From: Camelus ferus
Taxonomy: Eukaryota
Direction of reading: 5' to 3'
Length of the DNA stretch: 64,000 nucleotides
NCBI RefSeq assembly: GCF_009834535.1
Contig: NC_045696.1
Coordinates: 93,126,001 to 93,190,000, forward strand
Below the pieces are notes generated by a model. The model was not told the DNA's origin. It was given only the letters and a program-made list of their open reading frames with translations, and made no database searches. The stretch's first letter is position 1. Each line of letters begins with the position of its first letter. Of the stretch, positions 52,581-64,000 are shown piece by piece. Made by a program: the position numbers and the translations under genes.

Positions 52581-53429
52581 CTGGGCTTTGTTCATCCATT
52601 TCTACTATCTACAGAACTCAATGAATATCAAAGAAGCCCTCAGTAATGTAACTATGAAGCTTACAGGTGTTCTACATTAAAAAATTCAGAACATTCTTGG
52701 TGTTGCTACCAAGGACAACAAACACTTACCAGTGTGACTATCTCTTTAATATTTGAGCATTGGGGCAATAGATCTTTTTTATGACACACTCCTGAGGCTG
52801 AAGTGCAGAAGTTCCTGAGAACCTAGTAGTTCATTAGCTCGCCTAACGTAAAAATAACACCTATAAATAAACTTTCAGGAAAATGCAATGTGCCAAGGGC
52901 AGTAAAATCTCAAAGCTGCTTTATGATTAGTATTGGCACGGTCCTGGGTTTCTATTTTCTCAAAGCTTTGCCCAATTTATATATTAGCTGCTTTAGTGGA
53001 TAAAGCCATAAATATTTTCCTGACACATTACAAGGGAGGTTATCTTCGTGGTTAATTAGTTTGCATGCTGAGATGAAAGGTGGATGATAGGCAAGGCTTA
53101 GTTAAGTGCCAAGTACCTAACCTCTGTAAGATAGGTTATGTTTATTTTATAAAGGCCAATGTTTTAGGCTTTGCGTGAGTGAATCATTTATGGCTACTCA
53201 TATTTGTTGAGAATAAGGGCAACTCATACCTAATTATCTCAAATTGATGCTGTATTGGAATATTTCACTATCTAATAACCGGTAAGTGAAGAATAATACA
53301 TATTCTTTGGCTGACTTTTTATAATTGCACATATTTTGCCATTAGAAGATAATATACAAGCTTAGCATAATTTTCAAAAAGTTTAAGTAATTCTGAAGGA
53401 TTATACAGTGAATACTTATTTATATGGGG

Positions 53430-53945
53430 TACATTCTATAGTGGCTGCTACAAATGACCATGAAGTTAGTGACTTAACTTAAAACAACATAAATTCATTA
53501 CATTACGGTTCTGTAGGTCAGAAATCCGACAGTGGTCTCCTTGGGCTGAAATGAAGGTGCTGGCAGGGCTAGTTCCTGCTGGAGGCTCCAGGAAGAATCT
53601 GTTCTCTCCCCTTCTCGAGCTTCTAGAGGCTCCCCGCACGCCTTGGCTTGTGAATCTCTTCCTTCATCTTCAGGGGCAGCCACAACCCGCCGTTCTCTCG
53701 CACGGCCGGCCAGGCTCTGACTGACATCTACCTCTCTCTTCACCTTTAAATACCTTTGTGATTGCATTGGGCCCACCTGGGTAACCTGGGCTAGTCTCAT
53801 CTTCTTATGGTCAGCTGATCAGCAACCTTCATTCCGCCTGCAACCTTCAATTCCCCTTTCTTTACCTTAGACCCTAACAGTCACAGGTGCAGGGAATCAG
53901 GATGTGGCCATCCTGGGGGGGTAGGGTATTATCCTGCCTACTACA
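53430..53945 (-). mobile_element. MLT1 (C/D-like) solo LTR
   Basis: ttctgtaggtcagaaatcc; ctggaggctccagg; gattgcattgggcccacctgg; ends ctgcctactaca. Confidence 0.88.
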
Positions 53946-54429
53946 TTATTGCCTGGCAAAAATACATTTTCCTTTTTACACTCTACTTCTGAGCGAACTA
54001 AATTTCAAAGGAGTTAAGTAGCTTTCCCAAGGGTTTTGAGCCAATGCCATTTTCTGAGGAAAGTGAAGGTACTCACATAAACAGTTTTCCCCCAAATTAT
54101 CATCTTGCTCAGAACTTCAGTTTTGTTCTGAGTGTGTTGCTTTTGCTCTTCTTACTCTTGAAGAAATCCTCTGCTATTTAAAGGACTGCACTTTTTGTGC
54201 CTTTTCTGTTTCAAGAGTCCCTGGTGAGAAAAATGATTTGGTAATTAATTCTTGCTCACCTGGAGCAAGAAGACAGACAATATGGTAAGAAGAAAAAAAG
54301 AAACTTTAGTCCTTAAGCCAAAACCCTGATGTTTTTAAAGACCCACAGGCTTAATTAGTGTCAAGGAAATGTCAGAGGTAGACATCAAGTTATTAAATTT
54401 CAGTTTAGTTGGATATACAATTTGCTGCC

Positions 54430-54620
54430 AACTTGTACAGTATCCATTCCAGAGAGGTACATGTGATTATGACCATTTTCAAGAGGAGGAAATTGAAGCT
54501 TAGAGAAGCCAAATGCTTGCCGTGTAGCCTTTTGGCTGGTCTTTGCTTTGACCCTGCATGTCCCTGGGTCTATATGGATGTCTCTGGATTCAAAATTTTC
54601 CACAACACTGTGCCCTAGTT
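54430..54620 (-). mobile_element. MIR SINE
   Basis: ccattttcaagaggaggaaattgaagcttagagaag. Confidence 0.65.
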
Positions 54621-55769
54621 CCTCTGCCCTCTAATATCTTTCGCCATCTCCAAAAAGTTTGATTTGCAGAACATTCCATCTGCTTGCCTTCTGGTTTGAA
54701 GAAAGCCTTGATCTTTACTCTGATTTTAACTCTGACACGATGAAAATGCAGAGAAATTAGTGGTTTGTTCAGTGCAGTGATTTAGCAACAGGATTGGAAT
54801 AATAGTATTTTAAATTCCCAGGAAAAGGAATGAATGTTATCCTTATCACACACAGCTTCTAGCAAATTAAAAAAATGCACAGAACTTCTTTCAAAGTAAG
54901 GTGATAACGGATAAACTTTGAGACTAGCGTGAGATACTTGAAAAAAATTTTAAAAAGCTTTTCTTGGTACAAGATGTCAAAAAGCCAGCTGTGAATAACA
55001 AACAATTGTATCAACAGTCTCAGAATGCACACTCCCCTGTGCTGTGTCCTTCCAGAATTAGCATTGCTACCTAGAGTAAATGGGTTCTTACTCTTTTGTT
55101 GCCTAATTTTGTATATGAGGTATACTTAGCAATATTTCCTTACCTCCTCCAATTGTCAAAACCCCATTCATACTGTCAAATGCAACTTAAGTGTGACTTC
55201 CAACAGGATGTCTTTGCCATGCTAGGAAGTCACCCTGAATTCTCAGATTGTGTTTTCTCTCTCTCTCGGCACATCACACGTTTAGCTGCATGTGTTTGTC
55301 TATATTTTAATGTCTCTACTATAGTAAAAGGGCAGCTGTTTTAATTTATTTTTATCTCTAACAACCCAATAGAAAGTGATCTTCTAATGACCATTTTATA
55401 TGCAATATAGTGCATCACACATAAAAGGTGCCCAACATTTGGTCAGGGAGTGAGTAGGTGTAGTGGACAATTGTAGTGCCAACCAAAGAATAGCATTTTA
55501 TCTTGTTTTTCTTTTCTATTATTTTTATTTTTGCTTCTAATACAATACCTTGAACATAGCAGTTGCTCAATAAGTGTTTACTGCTATAATTGTTTAAAAT
55601 AGTAAACATTTAAAAAAATAACAAAGGCTTATGCAAAGTAGTAAATTGGAAAATACATCGTTTTTCATAAAAGTTATGTGCTTTGGGAATTATTAGCTAC
55701 AAGTGAGTTGATTTTGAGAGGCTAGAAATGTATTTTACAGAGATGTAGAGAACTCTGAAAGTAAATTCA

Positions 55770-55990
55770 TACAGGTTTTGAACTTCAGTATACCTTGGTT
55801 TGGTCCCTGACCTTATCATTTACTATCTTTGTGAATTTGAGCCAATTAGCTACCTTTTCTGAAATGAAATTCACCATCAGTAAAATAGGAATTAACTCAC
55901 ATAAACTCACAGGAGAGTTACATCAAATGGACACTTTTTACAAACAACCTATATTATGGGCCTTGCTCACAATAAATAATCAGTATTATT
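55770..55990 (+). mobile_element. MIR SINE
   Basis: tttactatctttgtgaatttgagc..catcagtaaaatagga. Confidence 0.55.
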
Positions 55991-58799
55991 TCTCTTCCTT
56001 CCCACCTTCTTTTATTACCAACTTTGTTTTTTAAAATATTAAATCTAAGTAAAATATCTAATTCTTCATTTTGGTTAAACAAAATTAAAATTGACACATT
56101 CAAAATTTAATATGCATAATGTAATCCAAACTGAGATATTTTGCAAAGCTTTTAAGAAATATCTAGTGTTACTGGTGTTGTGGGCATGTTTCTTTTCCTT
56201 TCCCTTCTAGGAATACTGCTTTTCTTCTTTTGGGAAACTGCCCTTCTACTCTGTAGGGAACCAATGATTGTAATTTCTACAACATTCTCACTTCCCCATG
56301 GCTTATTCACATGGGTAGGCATGTTTCTAAAATGGGCCAATCGGTTTTTCTCTAGGATTTGTCAAATTACTGCAGTTAGATCCTGTGCTTCCCCTGGGAA
56401 GGAAGCAGAGAATCTTTGAGCCTGGCATGGTCGACCATCATGGCTTCCTTCTGTAGAATGTCGATCTGCTATAATAAAGGAAACACATGAAAAGGAGGTC
56501 CAGTTACTCCTACTTGCCCCAGATTTGGTAATGGGCACCAACACAGTCTCTAGTTTTGGCTAACCTAGCATGAGTTTGATTTGTAACCAAAGTCAAACAG
56601 AAGCAGTGAGTCACCTAGAATTAACTGTACCCTGCTGCCCCCTCCCTGCTCAACCTCTAAACATTAACATCTGACCCCCAGGTAATCACGTTACTGACCA
56701 GGTGGAGCATTTAGGTCTGATCACTGTATAATTTATTGGCTTCCATTTCAGTTGTAGGCTGTATCCTTTGGTCAGGGTTTGGCAAATGCTAGGATTTTGT
56801 ATGGATAGAGACTAAATGAGAGACTGTGGCCAGATCAGCCGAGCCCTTTAGCATTTTCAGGGGATAAAAACCCTTTGGAGCACGTGCTTTGTGCTCACGG
56901 AATGACTGTGAGCACAGTCAGCTGAAGGCCCACAAATTCCCCCACCCTGTGTTAAGCAGTGTGTGTCCAGCCATCTCATAAACCTGAGATCCAGCGTGCT
57001 GGGAGCAGGAAGCTGTGACCTGAATCCTCTGCACTGGATTCCTTGGGTCTATGGAGACTGAGATACCAAACTAAATAGCTTCTTACATAAATCAGCACAT
57101 CTTACATCCAGGGGAATTATATTTCTCTTTTTTGGTCCATTTTTCTGTCATTCCCCTCCTGTTCATCATTTCTCCCACACTTCCTCCTTTCTCCCAAATG
57201 ACATTTTTTAAATGGCTTTAAAAATATGCCATTTTCACATTATAGAAATATTTAAAATGCAGGAAAAAAAGGAAATAAGAATCCCCTGTAATATAATTAA
57301 TCAATGATATTCCCTGTTAATTTTTGGCACATATCCTTCCAACTCCTTTTCTATGCAACACTATTTTAACATAATTGATATAATAATGCATATTTAACAT
57401 TGCATCCTTTTCATATCTTCTTTGAACAAAGCCAAACATTTTCTGCTGTTTAGTTTTTTCTCCCTATTTCTTTGATATCATGGATAAAGCTGCTGTCACC
57501 ATCTTAGCATTAACATCTTGGGCGCCATATTTCAGGGGACATAGAGCTTGCATAGCATGTGTGCTGAAGGATTAACACCAAGGTAATCAATAATCCAGGT
57601 ACTTGATCCCCTTTTTGTCTTCTTGGAGGTAAACTTTCAGGACGCATTGTAATTTGAGATGATCAGGTCAGAAATGACAGCAAGTGCATTTACAGAAGTC
57701 AAATCAGATGCCTGGTAAACCTGAAAAAACCATTAGTTTGGGTAGAAAGAAAATCCAGAAGTATCAAAATTAGTCACAATGGCTGGACTTCCAGTCTTTC
57801 TACAGTGCCCAAGCTGAGAGCTCATCCTCGTTTCCGGCAAGAAACAGTGCTCACTCTTCTGCCAGGCTTCATCAAACAACAAAATAGAAGCAATCTAACT
57901 ATGAAGTTGAGAATGCTAGCAGTGTTTCTCACTATTTTAGAGGAAATGCAAAAAACAAAGGAGCTGAAATTAAGACAACATTGTTAAGACAACAAGACTA
58001 GAATGCAATAAACATGTGCCATTTGCATACTAGTTTCATGTGGCTCCTTTCTTCATCTGTTCAACCAAAAGTCAAGTCCCTCAGTCCAGGGACAGTGCAT
58101 GAAGGTACTTTTAGCTCCCACCTAAGTCATCTGATTATGCCGGTAACTCTCTACAGCATTTGGCAGCCATTTCACTTAACTTTTGAAAACAAATCAGATC
58201 AGGAAACTATGGCATCTTTGCAAGAACAGGATAGTGAAAACAAGAAAATATTGGCAAAATAGTTTCTATCACTCATATTGAAAAGATTCAGTTTGATTCT
58301 AGCAGGAAGGGTAAGATTATAGAGATAAAAGCGCCATTTGGCCTTAACGTTTTTCAAGACAGAAATGCTATGAGGGTTCATATGGGGGTGGCATTGAGCT
58401 GGGTGGTGGTTTGAGCGTGGAGGTGGGGAGGCTGGAACAGAGCTGACTAAAAACAAAAGCAACAGTATGAACAATATTTATTTTTATCTTGTATTTTTGA
58501 GACTGGAGCCTGATAGCTTTCTGACCTTCCATATTTGACAGGGTTGGAGTCTTATTTCCAAGGTAATAGTTATCATCTACTTGGAGAATTACATCTGTGA
58601 CGACAGGAATGATAAAGGTTTTTGAGAAAACTCTTAAGAACAGCACATACCCCAAATTAACAAAACTTTGATCTTTGTTCTTTGGATTATCATGTGGTCT
58701 AATTGGACTCAAACATTTATATGGGAGTTTTGAGATGATTCTACCCAATGGTTCTTAACTAGAAACAGATTAAGAGTAAGGCAGCATTGGACACACTCT

Positions 58800-58980
58800 G
58801 CTTCTCTTGCTGAGCATTACTGACAGCATCTAATTATTTTTATTTCAGGTGGGAAAAGCAGAGGCCCAAGAGAAAAGATCAAATGTCCAAGGTCACTTTG
58901 TCATTAGTAGCAGAATAGAATTAGAAATAAGAAAGGACTCTTCCCCCAGGATAGCATCCTTTCCACCTTACACCTGAATT
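58800..58980 (-). mobile_element. MIR SINE fragment
   Basis: tttcaggtgggaaaagcagaggcccaagaga..tccaaggtcac..tagtagcagaa. Confidence 0.55.
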
Positions 58981-59707
58981 TACGTAGATGGTGTAGCACA
59001 GAGCAGACATCTTATCAATGGTGTTGCCGAGAACTTCTGTCTTCATCCCTGAGTGACGTCAGCTCCCAATCTTTGGTGTCTCAGCTTCCTAACTCTTTTC
59101 TTGACCAGGATTTGGGCATAATTAGACTTACATGTGAGATCGTTACAAATAGATTTTATCTAATGGGACAACACCAAGAGATTGGTAGTGAGTAAGAGAC
59201 CATCAGGTGCCACGCAGCTCAACAACGGTGCTGTGTACAATTACTGATGTCCGCGTGCGTGAGGAGCGGTGGGGGGTACTAGTGTTCTGACGTCGGTCTA
59301 TCCCTTAGCCCCAGGAAGTCTTATATTTCTGGAGATAAAAGATCCAGGCACTGGAGAAGTTTTTTTTTTTTTTTTTTTTTTCCCCCCAGAAAACTTCACT
59401 CAAGTTCCTCCATGAAGATGGAAGCCTGGTATTTTAAAGAGCTAGCAGTGGGGGAGTCTGGTGCCTTTTTATAATTCGTACTGGTTGCTCTTCAGTTCTG
59501 GTTCTTCAGCTGCTCTGACAGCATGGAAATTAAATAATTCAAAAGTTCTCTTCAGAGCTGGATGCTCCAATTGCTTCCACTATTAATATTACTTAGGAAT
59601 GTTTTAAGTTTAAGAAAATATACACTTAAGTGTACTTCAAATTATCCACCATGATGGTGGTAGTGATAAAGGGGGGAGAATAAGGCTATCCATGATTAGC
59701 TTGAAAC

Positions 59708-59734
<27 letters not shown>

Positions 59735-59740
<6 letters not shown>

Positions 59741-59985
59741 TCAGAAGCAGAAAATTTAACATTGACAAAATATATTAATTCATCCACCATTCATTTTTAA
59801 AATTTGCCAACTGTCCCAAACATGTATTTTATAGCGATTGTTTTTCCTGGTCCGGAATCCAATTCAGAATCATGCATTGCATTTATTGTCACGTAGTCTT
59901 CAGTCTCCTCTAATCTGGAACAGCTCCCCAGGCCTTCTTGGTGTCTTTTGATTTTGGCAGTTTTGAAGAGTATAGGCTGGTCAGT
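59735..59985 (-). mobile_element. L1MC-like 3' UTR fragment
   Basis: ggaatccaattcagaatcatgcattgcattta..gtctcctctaatctggaacag; homologous to 3060-3250. Confidence 0.7.
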
Positions 59986-60074
59986 TGAACAGTTAAAACT
60001 ATATTTTCAATGTTCATGATTTTAGAAAGGACTTGTGGAAATTAGTCCATAAAACTCTCAGGTAAATAAAGATG

Positions 60075-60700
60075 ATATTATGCAAGTATGTTCATAGTTG
60101 CACTATTTGTAACAGCCCCAAACTGGAAACTTCTCAAGTGCATCCACAATGGAACAGAAAAATTGTAACATAGTCACAACAGAATACTATTCAGCAATGA
60201 GAAGGAAAGATCCACAGTCACATGCAACATAGATGAATCTCACAAACGTAAAGCTGCATGAAAGATGCCAGACAAAAAAGAACGCATGCTGACTGATTCT
60301 ATTTACATAAAAGCCAAAAACAGGCAAAACTAATGTATGATATTAGAAGTCAGGCCAAGTCGGGGAGGGTATAGCTCAGTGGTAGAGTGCCTGCCTAGCA
60401 TGAACAAGGTCCTGGGTTCAATTCATGTGTTTAATTTATTAAATAAATAAACCTAAAATTACTTTCTCCTCATTAAAAAATTTTAAAAAAAGAAAAAGAA
60501 AAAGAAAAAAAAAGTCAGGCCAGTAGTTGTCCTTGGAAGAGTGACGTGACAGTTGAGAAGGGCTTCTGGGGCATGTCCTGCTTCTCATAGGTCCTGGCTA
60601 CAGGGGGGTGCTCCGCTGGAGAAAGTTCACTGAGCTATACACTTAAGCTTCATGAAATTTCGGTATACATGTTATATTTCAATACTACTTTGAAAAAACA
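60075..60700 (+). mobile_element. Ancient L1 (L1MD/ME-like) 3' fragment split by a SINE
   Basis: atgttcatag..cagccccaaactggaaac; atgaatctcacaaac; caggcaaaactaat..ttagaagtcagg; actgagctatacacttaag. Confidence 0.8.
60362..60511 (+). mobile_element. tRNA-derived SINE, vic-1 type, with 11-bp TSD
   Basis: ggggagggtatagctcagtggtagagtgc..gtcctgggttcaat; A tail; aagtcaggcca at 60347-60357 and 60512-60522. Confidence 0.92.
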
Positions 60701-62141
60701 AGTTAAGTGGGCATTTTTCAACAGGCAGAAAAACCAGCACTCCTATTTTGGATATTCCTTCATTTCCGTGTTTTGTTAAGAAAAAAAATAAGGCTTTTGG
60801 ACCTTTTTTGTAAAATATTAATCAAGTAATGAAATGAATTAAACTAGCCAACAGGACAGGAAAAGAGAACATAAAAGCCTCAAGAGACGAGCTGCCATCA
60901 GGGGCTGCCGTCCCCCTCCCAGAACTGTACGCGAGTTAGAATTTTAGAAGCAGGCCCACTGGATGCACCGGAGTCTCTCATGTCTATTCAGAAATGCACT
61001 TTCCAAAGCTAGATGGCTGGCACAATAAGCTTAGTGAGTAATGAATTCATAATTTCCATTTATTATCAAAATACTTCCATCAGAGGACAAACCTGAAGAG
61101 ATAAGGAGACGCAGAGCTACAGAGATGCGGTTTTGCCCTTTTCTCACAGCCACCTTCAGGGACAGATTTAATTTAGAAAATCCTGCTTGTAAACCACAAC
61201 TCTTAGGTATCTTTAGACCACTGTCCCATGGCAATTTTTACCCCAAAGTTTATGCTTAAAGCTTTTCATCAATATGGTTTATAAGTTTAAAAAGTCTCAA
61301 ATCTTCATCTGTGATTTACAGATTTTGGTTCATAACTCTTTATCTCAGTCTGAGGTTCAGTATTCAACGGTTACCTATAATAACAATCCCTTAGTCATAA
61401 ATGTCATTAATAATTAAATATAAAAATTATTTATACATTACTACAAATCTCTTAAAAAGGCCAAGTTTTGAGAGAGAGAGAACAAGAAGTTGCTTAGAAA
61501 ACTGCAGGGAGCCTCAAGAATCTCATGATCAGTCAAAGCAGTAACAGCAGAAACCGTTTCAGACGTTCATTTTAGCCCTAAGAGTGCTTAAAACACAAAG
61601 CTCTCAGAATGGATAACTGATGACTGGCAAAAATAGATTAAAACTACATTAAGTCCCGAGGCCCCACTATGTATAAGAATTCTTTGGAAGAGCCCTGAAG
61701 GAGTATAAATGTCGTAAGTAAAAGTAAAAATAAGCACACAGGCAACGGGTGTTTAACTCTCACGTGGGTGCTGTGCTTCTGGTGCCGAATGAATTCCTCA
61801 ACCTCATCTTTCTCCCTGTGATTAGAAGTCCCGGTCATCAAGAGACAACATCAAACTGGCAGATCATACGAGAAATAGACATGAACGGTAGTATTATCTT
61901 TAGATATTAAGCATTATTTACACAGTGAGCAGTGATTGATTTGATAGACATTAGACCCCTCCACCCTCCACACCTTTCCCAGCATAACCTAACTTCATTT
62001 TATCACAATGCTCTCATCTCTGTGAATGACCTCCATGTAGTTACAGTGACTTCTCTGGCCCTTTTTTTCTTGGATAGAGTTCCCCATTTCTGTGATGTTG
62101 GCAAGTCTAGCCCAGGGCTGCACTGCTTCTTCTGAAGATTA

Positions 62142-62261
<120 letters not shown>

Positions 62262-62424
62262 TCACCATGAGAATTTGATACTCATATCCATACCACATAG
62301 GAGCTCTGTAGACTTTCTTTGTAAAAGCCAAGAGAATGGGTTTGGAAGTTTCAGTTTAAAAGGGAAAAAAAAAAACAAAACTCTTAGAATGAACCCATTC
62401 CTTTTCAGTAACAGAATTTTTAAG

Positions 62425-62640
62425 TGGAGATGTAGTAAACTATAGGACTTAAGAGCACCAATCTTGAAACCAGACTGCCTGGTTTGAATCCTGGTTATGA
62501 ACTGTATTTATTTGGCCTCTCTGTGCCTCAGTTTCCTTTTCTGTAGAATGCATATAATAATAGTACTTGCATCTTCAGGTTGTCACAGGAAGTTCATTTA
62601 TCAACACTCTATATGTGTTTGTGAGATAAATGAATAATTC
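62425..62640 (+). mobile_element. MIR SINE
   Basis: ccagactgcctggtttgaatcctgg..ctctctgtgcctcagtttcc..taataatagtac. Confidence 0.85.
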
Positions 62641-63189
62641 ATATTTGGGATTGCAGTTATAAGAAAAGTTTGGTCAGAGAATAAAATCATGATTTCTTAC
62701 CTTATCTTAAAAGGGCTCACACAATAGCTTTCAGTGTATCAGACTTCAAGTAGATATTTGTTGATTTGATGATTTGATTTAATAGGGAAGATAATTATTT
62801 TCTTTATTCGCAAAAGAACCCCATAGGTATCAGAAACTGGATTCAGCCTGAGTAACTGGAAAGGCTTGGCAAATGCCAATTTCCTCTGATCTGACCCCAA
62901 TGGGCAAAAACAACACTGTTCAACTCACTATCAGCACCAAGCAGCATTGGAGGGACAGCCAGGTCAGTACAATGAGGCAGAGGGATGTTTTCCCATCAAC
63001 CCTGAACCAGCCCCTTCCCTTCTCTCCCCCGGGAACTGCCCCGCCCCCACCACAGCCACCTTGGGCTGGGGGCCGGGGGCTGGGCAGCAAGCAGCCTAGA
63101 CCGCTGGGAAGACTTGGAGTTGGTGCTAATTTGCTGAGATCTCCCCACCTGGCAGACGTGTGCGCGTGTATGAGTCTGAGCATTTCTCT

Positions 63190-63790
63190 CCCTTTTAATC
63201 CATTCTTCATACAGTGGTCAGAGTGAATTTTAAAATTTAAGTCAAGTTCCATAATTCTCTTACTTAAAACCTTCCAGGGGCTTGAAGGCTATTCAAACTC
63301 CTCTCCATGGTCTCCAGCATCCCGGTGGCTCCAGTTACCTTCCACGCCTCCTCACAGTATCTTTCTCTTCTTGATCCTCATGAGGCTCAAACCACACTGA
63401 TCCACTTTCCATTCCTCAAACTGGCCCAGCTCTTTCCCTCTTCTGGGCCTGCTGTCCCTGCCAACCCTGCTCCCTGGAAATTTCCTCCCCCATGACTACA
63501 TAGCTAACTCCTTCCCAGACTTCATGCCCCCGCTGTAACACCCCCCCCCCACCCGAGGCCTTCTTGGAACACTGTCCACATGAGTTCCCCCATCTCTGCC
63601 CCCCATCAGCCCTGTCAGAGCACTGAGCACAATGTGCAATGATTTGTTCTCCTTCTGTAACTCCCTGACATACCCTCCACACTGTAACCACTATGAGGGC
63701 AAATACCAAGTATACCTTGCTCCCCGCTGCAGCACCAAAGCTCAGCACAGTGCCTGGCATATTGCAGGGCTCCAGACGTAACGACTAAGC
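63190..63790 (+). mobile_element. L2 3' fragment
   Basis: cttaaaaccttccag; ggcctgctgtccc..ccctggaa; ctcagcacagtgcctggcata. Confidence 0.7.
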
Positions 63791-64000
63791 CCATCCCCTG
63801 GCCGTGGTGATTACAGGTAGAGTTACAGGGCATTACAGAGAAACACACTGTTCAGTGTTTTTGGTTTATTTGCTACTGTAGACCAGCTAGAGAGAAAGAA
63901 AGCATTTCCTTTCCCCACCTCCACTCCATATGGATTTTCTAAGTCTGGCTTCCTAATGTCTCATCCATCACCACATCAGCTCTTTCTCAGTCTCCCACCC

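Noticed and set aside
54249..54271. 9-bp stem hairpin (also the 12-bp palindrome at 43984-43995)
   Set aside because: Isolated dyads of this length are expected by chance in 64 kb.
59360..59435. Cryptic exon after T22-C6-AG acceptor
   Set aside because: The downstream donor (ctg/gtattt) is weak, there is no coding support, and poly-T followed by AG is common.
60362..60425. tRNA genes at the SINE heads
   Set aside because: A and B boxes are present, but they are followed by a SINE tail, poly-A and TSD, with no intact cloverleaf.
61764..61815. Possible 52-nt minus-strand exon (EKDEVEEFIRHQKHSTH)
   Set aside because: Poor polypyrimidine tract, mediocre donor and unrecognised peptide; it would need RNA-seq or TBLASTN support.

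Overview
Mammalian non-coding DNA, rich in repeats and most likely from a camelid, because it carries three vic-1-type tRNA-derived SINEs and cetartiodactyl-type L1 3' UTRs. I find no host protein-coding gene, RNA gene or CRISPR array. The listed ORFs are decayed L1 fragments, antisense L1/LTR frames, microsatellite frames or chance ORFs. Much of the window is recognisable transposon sequence (L1, L2, MIR, MaLR/MLT1 LTRs, hAT-family MERs, SINEs), often nested. The centrepiece is a decayed, near full-length L1 (14331-22760). Its 5' UTR monomer array holds two consensus CTCF motifs, two younger L1s sit head-to-tail at apparently the same site in its inter-ORF spacer, and it has lost about 1 kb of ORF2 endonuclease sequence. 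Also notable are a 72-bp copy of unique sequence from 30636-30710 inserted into an old L1 1.7 kb away, several nested insertions with readable target-site duplications (TSDs), and a few candidate regulatory or non-B-DNA patches. I did not find a new multi-gene biological system. Repeat family names were assigned by eye from remembered consensus sequences, and boundaries without a TSD are approximate.
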